A stretch of DNA of 64,000 nt, from assembly GCF_006345805.1 (NCBI RefSeq), contig NC_043013.1, positions 49,662,001-49,726,000 of the forward strand, given 5' to 3'. Below the pieces are notes generated by a model. That model made no database searches. It was not told where the DNA came from and worked only from the letters and a program-made list of their open reading frames with translations. The DNA comes from Octopus sinensis. Taxonomy: Eukaryota. Made by a program: the position numbers and the translations under genes. Positions 25,902-38,952 of the stretch are shown here, one piece after another. Positions within the stretch are counted from its first letter, which is position 1, and the number at the start of each line of letters is the position of its first letter.

Positions 25902-26676
25902 GATACATCTAACAAATCTAACACATACTATACTTTTGATCTCATCCCAGGGAAGATTTTTGTTTAGTTATTTCCAAGGAAAAGACTCAAAATCTTCATG
26001 GCCAGACAAAATCGCAAGCATACACCTAAGATATCAAAGGCTTGATGGCTCTTTCCAACATTTAGAACCGATCATACAAACGCTATTAAATTTCCAAACT
26101 CTACGTGATGAACAAACCCATGACAATTGTGGTGGAAGCACTCCGTCGGTTACGACGACGAGGGTTCCGGTTGATCCGAATCAAGTTCTCGGGGATATTC
26201 AGCGTGACACAGAGAGTGACAAGGCCGACCCTTTGAAATACAGGTACAACAGAAACAGGCAGTAAGAGTGAGAGAAAGTTGTGTGAAAGAGTACAGCAGG
26301 GATCACCACCATCCCCTGCCGGAGCCTCGTGGAGCTTTAGGTGTTTTCGCTCAATAAACACTCACAACGCCCGGTCTGGGAATCGAAACCGCGATCCTAC
26401 GACCGCGAGTCCGCTGCCCTAACCACTGGGTCATTGCGCCTCCGGTCAGATACATCTAACAAATCTAACACATACTATACTTTTGATCTCTTCCCAGGGA
26501 AGTTTTTTTTTAGTTATTTCCAAGGAAAAGACTCAAAATCTTCAAGGCCAGACAAAATCGCAAGCATACACCTAAGATATCAAAGGCTTGATGGCTCTTT
26601 CTAACATTTAGAACCGATCATACAAACGCTATTAAATTTCCAAACTCTACGTGATGAACAAACATGTGACAATTGT
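25902..26676. repeat. 229-bp direct duplication (25902-26130 and 26449-26676) flanking a SINE
   Basis: gatacatctaacaaatc...gacaattgt occurs twice, with about 7-8 differences by eye. Confidence 0.93.
26131..26443 (-). mobile_element. SINE family B, tail B2, with ~70-bp internal deletion
   Basis: Matches 7870-8252 but lacks the acggaacagcc...cccttaacgt segment. Confidence 0.9.
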
Positions 26677-28491
26677 AAAACCTAACAAAAACTCAAGTAA
26701 AGTAATATCGTAATAAACCCATCGCTATTCCAAGCACACGCACAAAACCCTTGGTTTCACTAACCCTAAATCGTAACACAGATTCACACCATTACACTCA
26801 GATTCCACACCACTCCCGAAGCTAACAGCACAAGATGCAAAGGGATTTCGACAACAACAAAAAACTATCGACAAAGGCAAGCTTTTTTGACTTCATTTTC
26901 CATTGTACAAAATACTTGAAATCTCCTAACACTGATTCGCAAATTACTTGTCCGATGTCAAAAGTGTACGAAAGGAAGCAAAATTCGTCTTGGACCCACA
27001 ATTTCCTGAATTAAATACTACTAGGGTCCGTCTCTTCATTCACTCTTTTCGACTTGTACGCATAAGAATCTGGACACTTTCTCAAAACGTACACACACCT
27101 TCATTCGTGTGCAATATCAAACTGACATCCATTCATTATTTCCCAAATACAGCTTCACAACTACTCCAAAATCATTCGCCGTGCAAAAACACTGAAAGTC
27201 ACACAGCATCTCTCCACAACAAAGGAAGCAAAACGATGCACACTTGGCCAATTGAAAAGTATAACAATGATCTACGAGCAATACATTAGATACCAACCGT
27301 GCATGAATATCCAGTCTCCATACAACAAACCATGATAAACTTCAGGGAAAATCATATATTAATGCCCTGTGTAACCAACCACCGAAAAACATGAACGAAC
27401 CATGCAATTTCTATGTTCCCACAGGTAAATTCAAATAAACCAGTCAATACCTGTTAGATAATTGGAATTGTCTTGAGCAGATTTGCGACACATTTGCAAC
27501 CTAGTCATTTTCCAATCAGTTCCTCACAAAAAAGGAATTTATGCAAACGTATAGACATGTTAGTAATTTAAAGTAATGCACTGGCTGGCTGCTTCGGAAT
27601 CCCTCCTAATCTTCTAGGAACCTTTTCTTTGGTTCCACTTTAGTGAGTTCGTGGTGTGTACATGTTTTTAGGAGGTTGGTTACACATAACACTAATATCT
27701 GATTTTCACTGAAGTTTATCATAGGGTCTGTGTTTTATCTCATCTATCAAATCAGCGCTCACCCTTCAGATAACGACGTAATTGAGGAAATTTTGTTGTG
27801 TTTTTTCTTATTTTTACATGTGGTTGTCGTTTAAGTTGAAGCTGTTTTGTTGTTGTTCTTGTGTTCGTTCTTGCTACTACGGTGGATATGAATGATGACG
27901 TGTGTTTGGCGAGTTCCCTGGTGCTTATCAATTTTTCTGCTTTTGGTAATAGAACAACTGACGCCGGTCATTTTCTCCTTCCACGTGCTAATAGTCTGTC
28001 ACGGTTTTAGCTTATCCCCCTCCTTGTAATTCATCAGAAAGCCAAAAGATTCAGAGAAGTAGGAGGTATTAGGCTGGTGCTGCATGTACGAACGTGTGTG
28101 AACGTGTGTGGCATTAATGGTGTGATTGGCGGTGTGATTTTTTCTATAGAACTCTTTTGCTATTACATTTGTCGGTATTTCCGCATAGATCAGGACGAAT
28201 ACTGGTTTTTCGTTTGCCGTTTCTCTTACTACTGCTGCTGCTCGTGCTATCACTATTGCAACTGCTTTTTCTACTGCTCCTGCTCCTGCTTTTGCTGTTC
28301 GTATTGTTGTCGTTCCTGTTGATATCGTTGGAGTTGCGGTGTTACCAGCAGACAGGTCTTTCATGGTTTAGCTCAGCTGCAGGCAAAAGGCGTTTAGTTA
28401 GTTGGGATAATTACATGTGTAAGATCTGGATCTTATGTTCTCTACTACAAGATGTAGTTAGGTCCCATTGACAGTTCTATCTGGTCGGAGA

Positions 28492-28724
28492 GTCCAGTTT
28501 GCTGGACATTGTTGTAGAGCTGAAAAAGAGGTAATTTCTACTCTTCTCCTCTGGAAGCCATCTACTCGCAATACCAGAGGGCGCACACTCTCCTACCCTG
28601 ATGCAATCTCCAGGGATACAGGCATCCAGCAACAGGACCTCAGTAATGCCATGATGGACCATGAAGTCTGGCGTAGCATGGTAAATTCCATTGTCTCGAC
28701 CACAGTCGAACAATGATGATGATG
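28492..28724 (+). mobile_element. 5'-truncated RTE LINE 3' end
   Basis: RRVQFAGHCCRAEKEVISTLLLWKP...RGRTLSYPD...VWRSMV stop, (TGA)n tail, 13-bp flanking direct repeat atctggtcggaga (28479-28491 and 28725-28737). Confidence 0.88.
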
Positions 28725-29280
28725 ATCTGGTCGGAGATTTTTTCAATATTTTTTGGTTCAGCCTGGACTAGGATTTCTGTGCCGATCCACGGCTAATTTC
28801 TGTGCCGATTCACGGCCAGTTTCCAGTAAGATCATATTGAAGATCTTACTTCAGCACATCGGAATCTATCATCGCTACTTTCGGCTTACGCTGTCTTTTG
28901 TAAATAGAAATAAGGATAAATTCACTCTTATATAGAGCAGTGAAATGTCTTTGCTTTTGAAAGCAATTTTATTTCCACTGTCCCATATCGTCAGGCGCAA
29001 GTGATAAAAATCTACGTCACTCTACACACTTTTGAGGCATTACTCGTCTACCTGAGCCTGCATGAGCTTCTCTATACTGTTTTCCTTCCGTATGTAACAC
29101 TACATCAATGTCCTCCTATTTGTATATTCCATAACTTTAGAAAGAAATTTTATACACGCTCTTCTACCACCTCTTCATTTGTACTTTCTTGTCTTTCTTA
29201 TTTCTTTGTCCAAACTATCGAGGAAAACTTGCTCTCTGTAGTAATATTTTGGATTCCCTACTACTTCACATACTCTTACT

Positions 29281-29475
29281 CTCTTTTTACTCTTTTACTT
29301 GTGCGGCCATGCTGGAACACCTCCTTTGGTCGAGCAAATCGACCCCGGGACTTATTCTTTGTAAGCCCAGTACTTATTCTATCGGTCTCTTTTGCCGAAC
29401 CGCTAAGTGACGGGGACGTAAACATACCAGCACCGGTTGTCAAGCAATGCTAGAGGGACAAACACAGACACACAA

Positions 29476-29550
<75 letters not shown>

Positions 29551-29715
29551 CACAACAGGCTTCTTTCAGTTTCCGTCGACCGAATCCACTCACAAGGCTT
29601 TGGTCGGCCCGAGGCTATAGCAGAAGACACTTGCCCAAGATGCCACGCAGTGGGACTGAACCCGGAACCATATGGTTGGTTAACAAGCTACTTACCACAC
29701 AGCCACTCCTGCGCC
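29281..29715 (-). mobile_element. SINE family A
   Basis: Reverse-complement match to 159-576. Confidence 0.9.
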
Positions 29716-30107
29716 TATATGGTAAATAAAATAGCAGAATTTTCTACTAGAAATAGCTTTCTCATCTATTGTTTGATTTTCATTTAATAAATTATATAAA
29801 CTTGGTTTTTATCTAAGATACGATATATAGCTTATTATCATGAATTTGATGTATTACACAATCAAGCATCTTCTAAAATTGAGGGCGCTGATAAAATTTC
29901 GAAGAGGATAACAGATAACTAGCCGAGAAGTCCAGTCCTTATCCTATCACCGACAACGTCTATGGCTAAGATATTCAACTCTGAAATGATCGAATCCAGC
30001 AAACGTAAGTGTCACAATCTTGAAAACAATTACATGTTCTAATCAGTGTCAGATTGCATAATTCACAAGAGATATATTTAGTTTGCTGAGCCAAGTTCAA
30101 CATATAC

Positions 30108-31159
30108 TCTTTTACTCTTTTACTTGTTTCAGTCATTTGACTGCGGCCATGCTGGAGCACCGCCTTTAGTCTAGCAAATCGACCCCGTGACTTATTCTTT
30201 TGTAAGCCCAGTACTTATTCTATCGGGTTCTTTTGCCGAACCACTAAGTTACGGGGACATAAACACACCAGCATCGGTTGTCAAGCGATGTTTGGGGGAC
30301 AAACACAGATACACAAACACACACACGCATATATATATATATATATATACTAGCAGCATAGCCCGGCGTTGCCCGGGTATGTAAGAGCCCCTAGTAGGCA
30401 ACGACTAATCCCAATCTAGTCCTTTCCCTCTAGGGAACGAAGGCGCATGTGTAGGTTGCAATGTCTTCTCTTCACTCCCAAATAACTATCAAACATCTAT
30501 CGATAATTCAACCCAACCAATTCCTGCCAGGAAGAAATTACATTCGAGACTTTACCCCCAACACCGCCACTTCTGCTAATAGCTGCTGCAGCCGCAAGTT
30601 ATTCGAATACTTTTTTTGTTTACACTTTCTTTATAACTACCACCCCAAACGTTTTACCTTAATTTTTGACGTACCCTAAGAGTTCTCGGACGCTACTTGC
30701 AAACTCTTGTTTATTATAACCGCTTTTGTCGTGTGCATCAAAAAACCTTTTCCATTCGTTTGTTCAGTTTGGTCACTTTTGACTTTTTCGTTGTTGTCAC
30801 TCACATTGCTGCCCGCTTTTTTGCCGTTTTTGTACATTTTTATAACATTTGGGATATTACCCCACGTGTTCCGAGAGTTAAAAAGGTCGAGTTGCGTCCG
30901 TCCCCTAGACAGTCTGTAGAAAATGTGTTGCATATAAAAAGCTTAGATTCTCGACCCATGTCGAATTTATCGATTTCTTTTCAGAACTGGGGGAACTTTT
31001 CAAAATTTTCGCTGCGTTAGTTTTGAATTATGACATTGGGCTATGTGTGTGTCAAGTTTCATCAGAATCGGTTGAAAGCCGTGGTCAGGGTGAGGGTACA
31101 ACCTGACAGACACACAGACACACAGACAGACAAACTGCCGTTTATATATAGATACATAG

Positions 31160-31233
<74 letters not shown>

Positions 31234-31400
31234 TACGACGGGCTTCTTTCAGTTTCCGTCTACCAAATCCACTCACAAGGCTTTGGTCGGCCCGAGGCTA
31301 TAGTAGAAGACACTTGCCCAAGATGCCACGCAGTGGGATTGAACTCGGAACCATGTGGTTGGTAGACAAGCGACTTACCACACAGCCACTCCTGCGCCTA
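30108..31400 (-). mobile_element. SINE family A split by a Helitron inserted in its internal (TA)n
   Basis: 3' half 30108-30349, 5' half 31153-31400. Confidence 0.88.
30350..31152 (-). mobile_element. Non-autonomous Helitron H1 (803 bp)
   Basis: Minus-strand A|TC...cccgggcaacgccggg...CTAG|T; internal 30478-30872 not shared with the other copies. Confidence 0.92.
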
Positions 31401-31495
31401 CATGCACTTCTATTGTGGAATTATAATACAGGGGTATACAAACTCATACTGGACAATGAGAGAAAAAAGCAGCATTTCTGGGCTGTTTTATTCAG

Positions 31496-31591
31496 GGATT
31501 GTTAAAGGCGCCAACAACTCAGGAAAGTCGACCGGGACGACACGTACTTGGGAACGTCACGTCATATGCTTAGGATCTTTCATTGAAAAGG
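31496..31591 (+). CDS. Candidate symmetric phase-1 exon (IVKGANNSGKSTGTTRTWERHVICLGSFIEK)
   Basis: Acceptor ctgttttattcag, donor AAGG|GTAAAT, 96 nt, one open frame containing GxxxxGKST; may be chance. Confidence 0.2.
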
Positions 31592-31857
31592 GTAAATGAA
31601 AATAATGAATAAAATAAACCCGTTATTCCTCTAGTGAATTATAAAACACTTTATCCCACATTTGCTGGTTTTACTCTCTGCAAAATTAAAAAGATTAATT
31701 AAACTTGTTAGGATGCCGAATTTAAGGTTGTCCGGGGCGCTAGCAACTCTAGGGCCAGTTCTGGTTTTACTGCACTCCATGACATAAACGATTACTTATA
31801 GTATCATCCTTAATAAAACAGAGAATTAAACTAGAAATGGATATGTAGACAGCACAC

Positions 31858-32075
31858 AAGGTGTCGAGCTGGCAGACTCGTTAGCACACCGGATAAAATG
31901 CTTTGTGGCATTTCATCCGTCTTTACGTTCTGAGTTTAAATTCTGCTGAGGTCGACTTTGCCTTTCAATACTTCGGGATCGAAAAAATAAAGTACTAATT
32001 GAAACCTGGAGTCGACGTAATCGACTTACCTCTCCCTTTAAATTGCTGACCTTGTGCCAAAATTTGCAACCGATG
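31858..32075 (+). mobile_element. SINE family C, diverged
   Basis: gagctggcagactcgttagc head and gtcgactttgcc body. Confidence 0.75.
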
Positions 32076-32931
32076 TGTAGAGTACACTACGTACAATCTT
32101 GTAGATCGTTCGACCGGCTGTGAAACGGGGTTTTACTGAGTTTTTAGGCCAACGTTTTTAAATTAATGTTTCTCTCGATTTTTATTTATCAATTGATATT
32201 AACACTGAAAGAAATAAAAGACGTAATAAAAAAGAAAAAAAAACAATAAAGAAAAGAGAAGAAACCAGATGATTGTGTTTTTGCTTTTGTTTATTTTATT
32301 TTATTTTATTTTATTTTATTTCAGTAGTTTAATCGAAGGAAGAACATTGCTTATGACCCTTTTCAGAACCTCCGTACTTGTAAGAGGAAGTTTATTTTCA
32401 CACCGGAAACCTGGTCAAAATATTCTCGACACGCATGCAACCAAATGGTAGCGTAAAACGAGGCACGAATTGTGTTTACTACCTAAGTACAGGAATAATC
32501 CTTTTGACGGGTTTCTGGTTTCCATCTACCGAATTTCATGTACAAAGCATTAAAATATTCTGCAGTCTTTTGACTGAAATGTGCAATACAATGAGATCGA
32601 TCTGAAATATTGTCAGAGTATATAGTAACATAATATAGAGCAAATAATCTTCAGGAAAATGTTGAAACCCTCATCCTAAACTAATACTCAATGTATTATG
32701 TTGGATTATCTTACTGTCTTTTCACTCTTAATTGTTTCAGTCATTAGACTGCGGTCATGCACCGCCTTGTAGAATTTTAGTAGAAAAATCGATCCCGGTA
32801 CTTAAATTTTTTAAGCCTGGCACTTGTTCTGTCAGTTACATTGCCTAAATGCCAAGTTGCGGGAACATAAACACACCAACACAGGTTGCCAAGAGATGGT
32901 TGGAGACAAATAGACACACACACATCAATAT

Positions 32932-32965
<34 letters not shown>

Positions 32966-32998
32966 AAATATATCTTATATAATATATATATAAATTAT

Positions 32999-33040
<42 letters not shown>

Positions 33041-33044
<4 letters not shown>

Positions 33045-33171
33045 TTGTATAGAGGGCATTATTACACATAAATGCCTCACACTAGGAGGGACAAAGTCAT
33101 TACTACCAAAAAATTACTAGTCCCTCCTAGTGTGAGGCATTTATGTGTAATAATGCCCTCTATACAATATA
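33041..33171. repeat. Perfect 52-bp inverted repeat with 27-nt loop
   Basis: 33041-33092 is the exact reverse complement of 33120-33171. Confidence 0.95.
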
Positions 33172-33346
33172 GATATAATTAATTTGTTCAAAAGAAAAAA
33201 ATTATTTTCGGATTCTTTTCTTTTATGAGGTTTTCACGCTAGCTACCCGATAATTTCTTGTTAAGATCCCTTATTAAGAGATTATCCTTAATGTTAAACT
33301 ATATATATATATATATATATATATAGATATATATATATATATATAT

Positions 33347-33654
33347 ATTATATAAAAGGGCTAGTAAAATAAATTACTTTGCCGCATACTGAACTCATTA
33401 GAAATAGCAGCTAAAAAACTTTTTTAAAGCTATTTCTAATACTTAACGAAAATCTCTCTCATATATAGTGTTTGCTTAATTCAACTCACAAAAGTTTGGG
33501 GGTAAGTTTTGTGAGTTGAATTAAGCAAACACTATATATGAGAGAGATTTTCGTTAAGTATTAGAAATAGCTTTAAAAAAGTTTTTTAGCTGCTATTTCT
33601 AATGAGTTCAGTATGCGGCAAAGTAATTTATTTTACTAAGCCCTTTTATATAAT
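33347..33654. repeat. Near-perfect ~147-bp inverted repeat with 13-nt loop
   Basis: 33347-33493 versus 33507-33654; one indel seen. Confidence 0.95.
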
Positions 33655-33746
33655 GTAATAATTTGAATTCGCCTTGAATGGTCCCTTGCATACTGAACAC
33701 TTGGTGAAATTGATTAATAATTAATTAATTTTGCCCTCAATTGTTG

Positions 33747-33788
<42 letters not shown>

Positions 33789-34555
33789 TATATCACCGTC
33801 ACCGACCAGGTTATCAGATGTTGCTACACATCGCTGGTCACAATGCGCTTAGCATTGTTTTAGCCTTCAAATGACGCCACCCCGCTGGCTAAGCGAGCAG
33901 GCCAATATATATTTATAGTACAAAGTAAGATAGGGGTTATGGGTGTAACACACTAGCGGATAAGTTCAAACGAATTAGCCAATTGGAAATAGCTTATGAT
34001 TTAAAATGACCGCTCCCTAACCCCCAATATATTTTATAAACCTTTAATATGCATAAAACAGAAGCATAAACATTGTGGATTAAATTCAGCTTTGACAAAA
34101 AGTTTAGAATTACTCTTTTGGATTTTAAAATTGAATTTGTTCGCTTTACGTGGATGTATAAAGTAATAACTATAATTATGATTATCTGATTTATATACTT
34201 ATACGCATGTAATTTTATATGAGCATGTATATATAAGTATATGAATGAATATATATATATATTGAACGTTGTATCGTGAATTTTTGATATGTGAGTAGAC
34301 ATTAGTATAGTATGTATAATCTGTTGATGGTTATCGTTAATGCAATAACATTTTTGTTACTGATAAACATAGTGGTGTATATACGTTCTAATATATTTAC
34401 ATAAGTATACGACACATGGTATATTTAATGTAATTTATTGTTCAATTGTGTTCATTAATGTATTTTGCGCATATGAATAGTTTGTACGCTTTGCTTATGT
34501 ATGTATATGTATGTATATGTGTATTTTTATGTGTATATGTATAATATATATATGC

Positions 34556-34637
<82 letters not shown>

Positions 34638-34740
34638 ATTTGGACATTATTTTATTGTTTATTTGTACATATTAAATAATACGTGCAGCATGTTTAGTAT
34701 ATCAACATTATTATTATATTTTTATAGTTAATTATAACTG

Positions 34741-34878
34741 GTGACGAGGCCTATGGTTCTTTTAACTCATAAGTATTATATATATTTTTTAAATGCCTAC
34801 AACCCTAGTATGTTGACATCTATAGGTAAAGAAAAATTAGATTCACTTTTGTCCATAGGCTGAAACAGCTGTAAGAAG
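34741..34878 (+). ncRNA. Decayed minimal type-I hammerhead ribozyme (Penelope-type)
   Basis: GTGACGA (C3 mutated), 9-bp stem II ggcctatgg/ccataggct around a 96-nt insert, GAAA, palindrome ACAGCTGT, GTA; stem I not paired. Confidence 0.6.
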
Positions 34879-34961
34879 TAATTTCTAGATTTCAATAATT
34901 TACAATATGACTTTTAAAAACTATATTTGTATTATTATATTATCTATTGATTTATATAATA

Positions 34962-35920
34962 CTAGCAGCATAGCCCGGCGTTGCCCGGGTATGTAAGAGC
35001 CCCTAGTAGGCAACGACTAATCCCAATCTAGTCCTTTCCCTCTAGGGAACGAAGGCGCATGTGTAGGTTGCAATGTCTTCTCTTCACTCGAATATTTGTG
35101 TGTATACGATGTTCCTAGCTGTCCCTTTGGGCGAAAACATGAAAACATCATTGCGCCTCCCAACGCGTGAACAGCCCACGTAGAGTTGACCGTGGCGGAG
35201 CACTGTTCGCCCAACTGTAACCCAGCGACTTGTAGCGTTTGGCCTTGGGATTTATTGATGGACATTGCGAAGCAGAGTTTAACAGGAAACCGAGAACGCC
35301 TGAAGTGGATTGGTAGGTCAGCGCCCGACGGTTGAAGGTGCATGCGTGGAATGAAGATGTCCTCTCCCTTCCCACAACGGGTAAGTATTGTGGCAGTCAT
35401 TAAATGTGGTGGCAAATGTTTCACACCAGACGTGTGCCGTTGCACTGTTTAGGTGGAACCAAATTCCTGATGAGCATAATGGGCGCACCGACTTTTAACT
35501 TCGGGATGTGTGGCGGCAGGCCTGGCAGTTCAAGTGAATTCAGGAATTCAACAGGATAATCGGCAAAAAAGGCGGGGTCTGCTGTCCTATCAATAGATTT
35601 GTAGACGTGGACATCACCAGGAATAGCTTCAAGTAGCTGGATATTGATGGAGTTGAGAGTTAAAAAGGTCGAGTTGCGTCCCCTAGACAGTCTGTGGTTT
35701 GTGTTTCTGATTCTCGACCCCATGTCGAATTTATCGATTTCTTTTCAGAACTGGGGGAACTTTTCAAAATTTTCGCTGCGTTAGTTTTGAATTATGACAT
35801 TGGGCTATGTGTGTGTCAAGTTTCATCAGAATCGGTTGAAAGCCGTGGTCAGGGTGAGGGTACAACCTGACAGACACACAGACACGCAGACAGACAAACT
35901 GCCGTTTATATATAGAGAGA
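34962..35920 (-). mobile_element. Non-autonomous Helitron H1 (959 bp) retaining the PIF1-like helicase C-terminus
   Basis: Canonical ends; LPGLPPHIPKLKVGAPIMLIRNLVPPKQCNGTRL and FPVKLCFAMSINKSQGQTL, frameshifted. Confidence 0.93.
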
Positions 35921-36065
35921 TTTTGTATGCTTTTGATGTTCTCATTTGTAAAATTAATACATAATCTAACATTATAATATCCGAAAGTTGATGAACAAAC
36001 TGAATTGCTTCTCCATTTCTTATTTGTATTATACATATATATATTGATGTGTGTATATATTTATA

Positions 36066-36141
<76 letters not shown>

Positions 36142-36456
36142 TATAATATAAATATATATAAATACATACATACATACATACAAACATACATACATACATA
36201 CATACAAACATACATACATACATACATACATACATACATACAAACGATGGGCTTCTTTCAGTTTTCGTCTACTAAATTCATTCACAAGGCTTTGATCGGC
36301 ACCGGACCATGTGACTGGAAAGCAAGCTTCTACTACACAGCCAGGACTGCGCCTATTGTTAAAATATCTTTTCTGCTATCTCTCTCTCTCTTTTCTCTTC
36401 AACTGACATCTCAATAATCGTCATGACTTAGTCTCTTCGAACAAAATCATAAGCTA

Positions 36457-37720
36457 TTCGGTTGTTCCGAAAATAATGGCCGATTTCAGAAACATAATTT
36501 TATTCTGGAAAAATTAACAATAGAAATGTTTTGATTAGTCAAAGCATGAGCCGGGAACATCTATGCATCTCTACCATCGATCAACGAGATTATTTATGCC
36601 TCGTTGATAAAAAACATTAGCTTTGATGCTAAAAAAATCTTCGAAAGCTGATTCTACCTCTGGTTTGGACCTGAAAGTTTAATCACTTTAAAAATGGTAG
36701 TCAATGGGTGAAAGATCAGGAGAATATGGAGGATGTGGTAAAATCTCATATTCCAAGTATGTGAGTTTCTGCAGGGTCATTCTTACACCATGTGGCTTTG
36801 CATTATCGTGGAGCAGAATTGGGCCACGCCGATTCACCAATGCAGGTCTAAGTTTTTGCAAGTGAGCATGCATTTCAGCAAGTTGATTGCAGTAAATCTC
36901 TGCTGTAATGCTCTGATTGGCTTCCAGAAAGCTGTAATGGACAGCACCAATTGCAGACCGCCAGACAGTCAACATAATCTTCTGCTGATGCAACTTTGGC
37001 TTTGAGAAACGTTTGGGGGACTCGTCACGATCAAGCCATTGACCTGATCGTTTACGGTTATCATAAAGGATCCACTTTTCATCACAAGTGACTATTCGCT
37101 CAAGAAAAGGATCATTGGTGTTTCTCAGAAAGAACATCGAGCACACTTCAAAACGCCGAACCTTTTGATTTTCATTGAGCTCATGCGGTACCCATTTATC
37201 GAGCTTTTTCACTTTACCAATCTTCTGCAGATTGTGTGAGACCGTTGCAATGCCGACACTAAGTGCCTGAGACATTTCTTTGACACTTTGATGTGGGTTT
37301 TGTCCAACAATTGCTTTCAACTGTTCATTGTCTAGACTGCATGACTGCCCTCTACTTTTTTCATCTTCAAGTCTCTCATCACCACTACGGAACTTCTGAA
37401 ACCACCTTCGTACGGTGCGATCACTTGTGGACCCCTCTCCCCATGCTCTGTTGACATTGGCAGCAGTTTGGGCGTCATTGTACCCAAGTTTGAATTCATG
37501 CAAGAAAAGTAAGCAAAGGTCCGTTTTTGTCATGTTCATAATTAAGGGCACCTATGCTTCAAGAATGTTTTCTGTCTGAAATAAGTAGAAAATTATTAAA
37601 GAGCATCCATCAATTATTAAGTATGTCGAAATTCACCTAAAATATAATTAAAATACTATGATAAAATTGCGTGTCAAAATCACGATACTTAGAGCAACCA
37701 TTATTTTCGGAACAACCTAA
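36457..37720 (-). mobile_element. Full-length mariner transposon (1264 bp)
   Basis: 23-bp TIRs tt(c/a)ggttgttccgaaaataatgg; TA on both flanks (36455-36456 and 37721-37722). Confidence 0.95.
36688..37551 (-). pseudogene. Mariner DD34D transposase, C-terminally disrupted
   Basis: 287 open codons with WVPHEL, TCDEKW, HDNAKPH, YSPDLSPID (34 residues between D2 and D3); stop after YHF; remaining C-terminus readable in shifted frames. Confidence 0.93.
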
Positions 37721-38880
37721 TACAGCCATAATTTGCGACTCGCCGGACGTTTTCTTCATACCAAATATGTACAAAACTTTTCCCTGAAAATTTCTATAAA
37801 TCACACTCAAATACCTCATTCTTCTGCACTAATAATCTTTCTATTTTGTAGTTGTTTTGTTGTTGTTTTTTGTTTTTGCTTCCTTTTTTTTTTTTGTATC
37901 AACAAGTAATGAAAAGCATTTCCTTTCTTTCATTCGTCTGGCACATTAATTACACCTACTATCACTAGATAAGAGATGTTTCGAGATAATTTTGGAAATA
38001 TAGCGTCATTTTTATCGTTTAATTGCATTGCATATTAGAATAACCTACTAATTATACACTGAGCATTTTATTGTTTGAAAACAAAACATTCAGCAAAGTT
38101 TTGTCCTTTTTCTGAATGCTTTATCGGTTTTGATAATACATGCAACAAATATGTAAAATATTTATTTTGTTTCAAATACTGAAGTCGTACAGTTTGGTAG
38201 GAATGCTAATTATCCAATTCTTATTTAAAAACCTAGATTGTTTTCAAAATTGATAGTTATTTATTCGGTAACATCTATAATATTATTATAGTAGTGTACA
38301 TATGTTATGCTGAGAGAGAGCGTGGGGGGGGAGACAAGAGACCGGTATTAATAATACAACGTCTGTCGCTAATAAATGTTTTCTAACAACCTCACTGGCT
38401 AATTGCGACACCAACGCCTCTCCTGGCACTTTTATTCTAATTATCGCTGGCAGTGAGATGAGTTGCTGCTATCTCGAGGGATCGAGCGTCCATCATTGAC
38501 AAAAACTAATGAAGGTCGAAATCACGTGACATGGTTGTCTTAGCGTTGGAGGTGATGGGGATTTATCTTTCCAACAGCTATATAGATAAGGGTGCATTTT
38601 GCTCCAAAAGCCAGTATGAGAGTTAGTCTCGTGACATCTATTGCAGTATAGCTTGTTCTAACGGAACATCCACGTTTAAGTGAGGATAAATATTAGCTCT
38701 CAGTTTTAACACTGTCCCAGTCGCTAATATATAGAGAGATAAGAGTGATTAGTGGCATGGGACGAGCTAGCAGTGGGAGGTAAGAGAGAGAGAGGTGAGA
38801 GGAGGGTATCTAGCGGAAGGGAATGTGGTGGCGGTGGAGCTAAATGATTAGTTGATGAGAGAGACGAAGATACACACACA

Positions 38881-38952
<72 letters not shown>

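Noticed and set aside
25600-27500. A/C-skewed stretch as a host coding region
   Set aside because: Frequent stops and no domain recognised; probably a decayed LINE, too eroded to classify
27999-28471. Overlapping 81-121-aa low-complexity ORFs
   Set aside because: Driven by degenerate (GCT/ACT)n triplets; no recognisable motif or convincing splice pair
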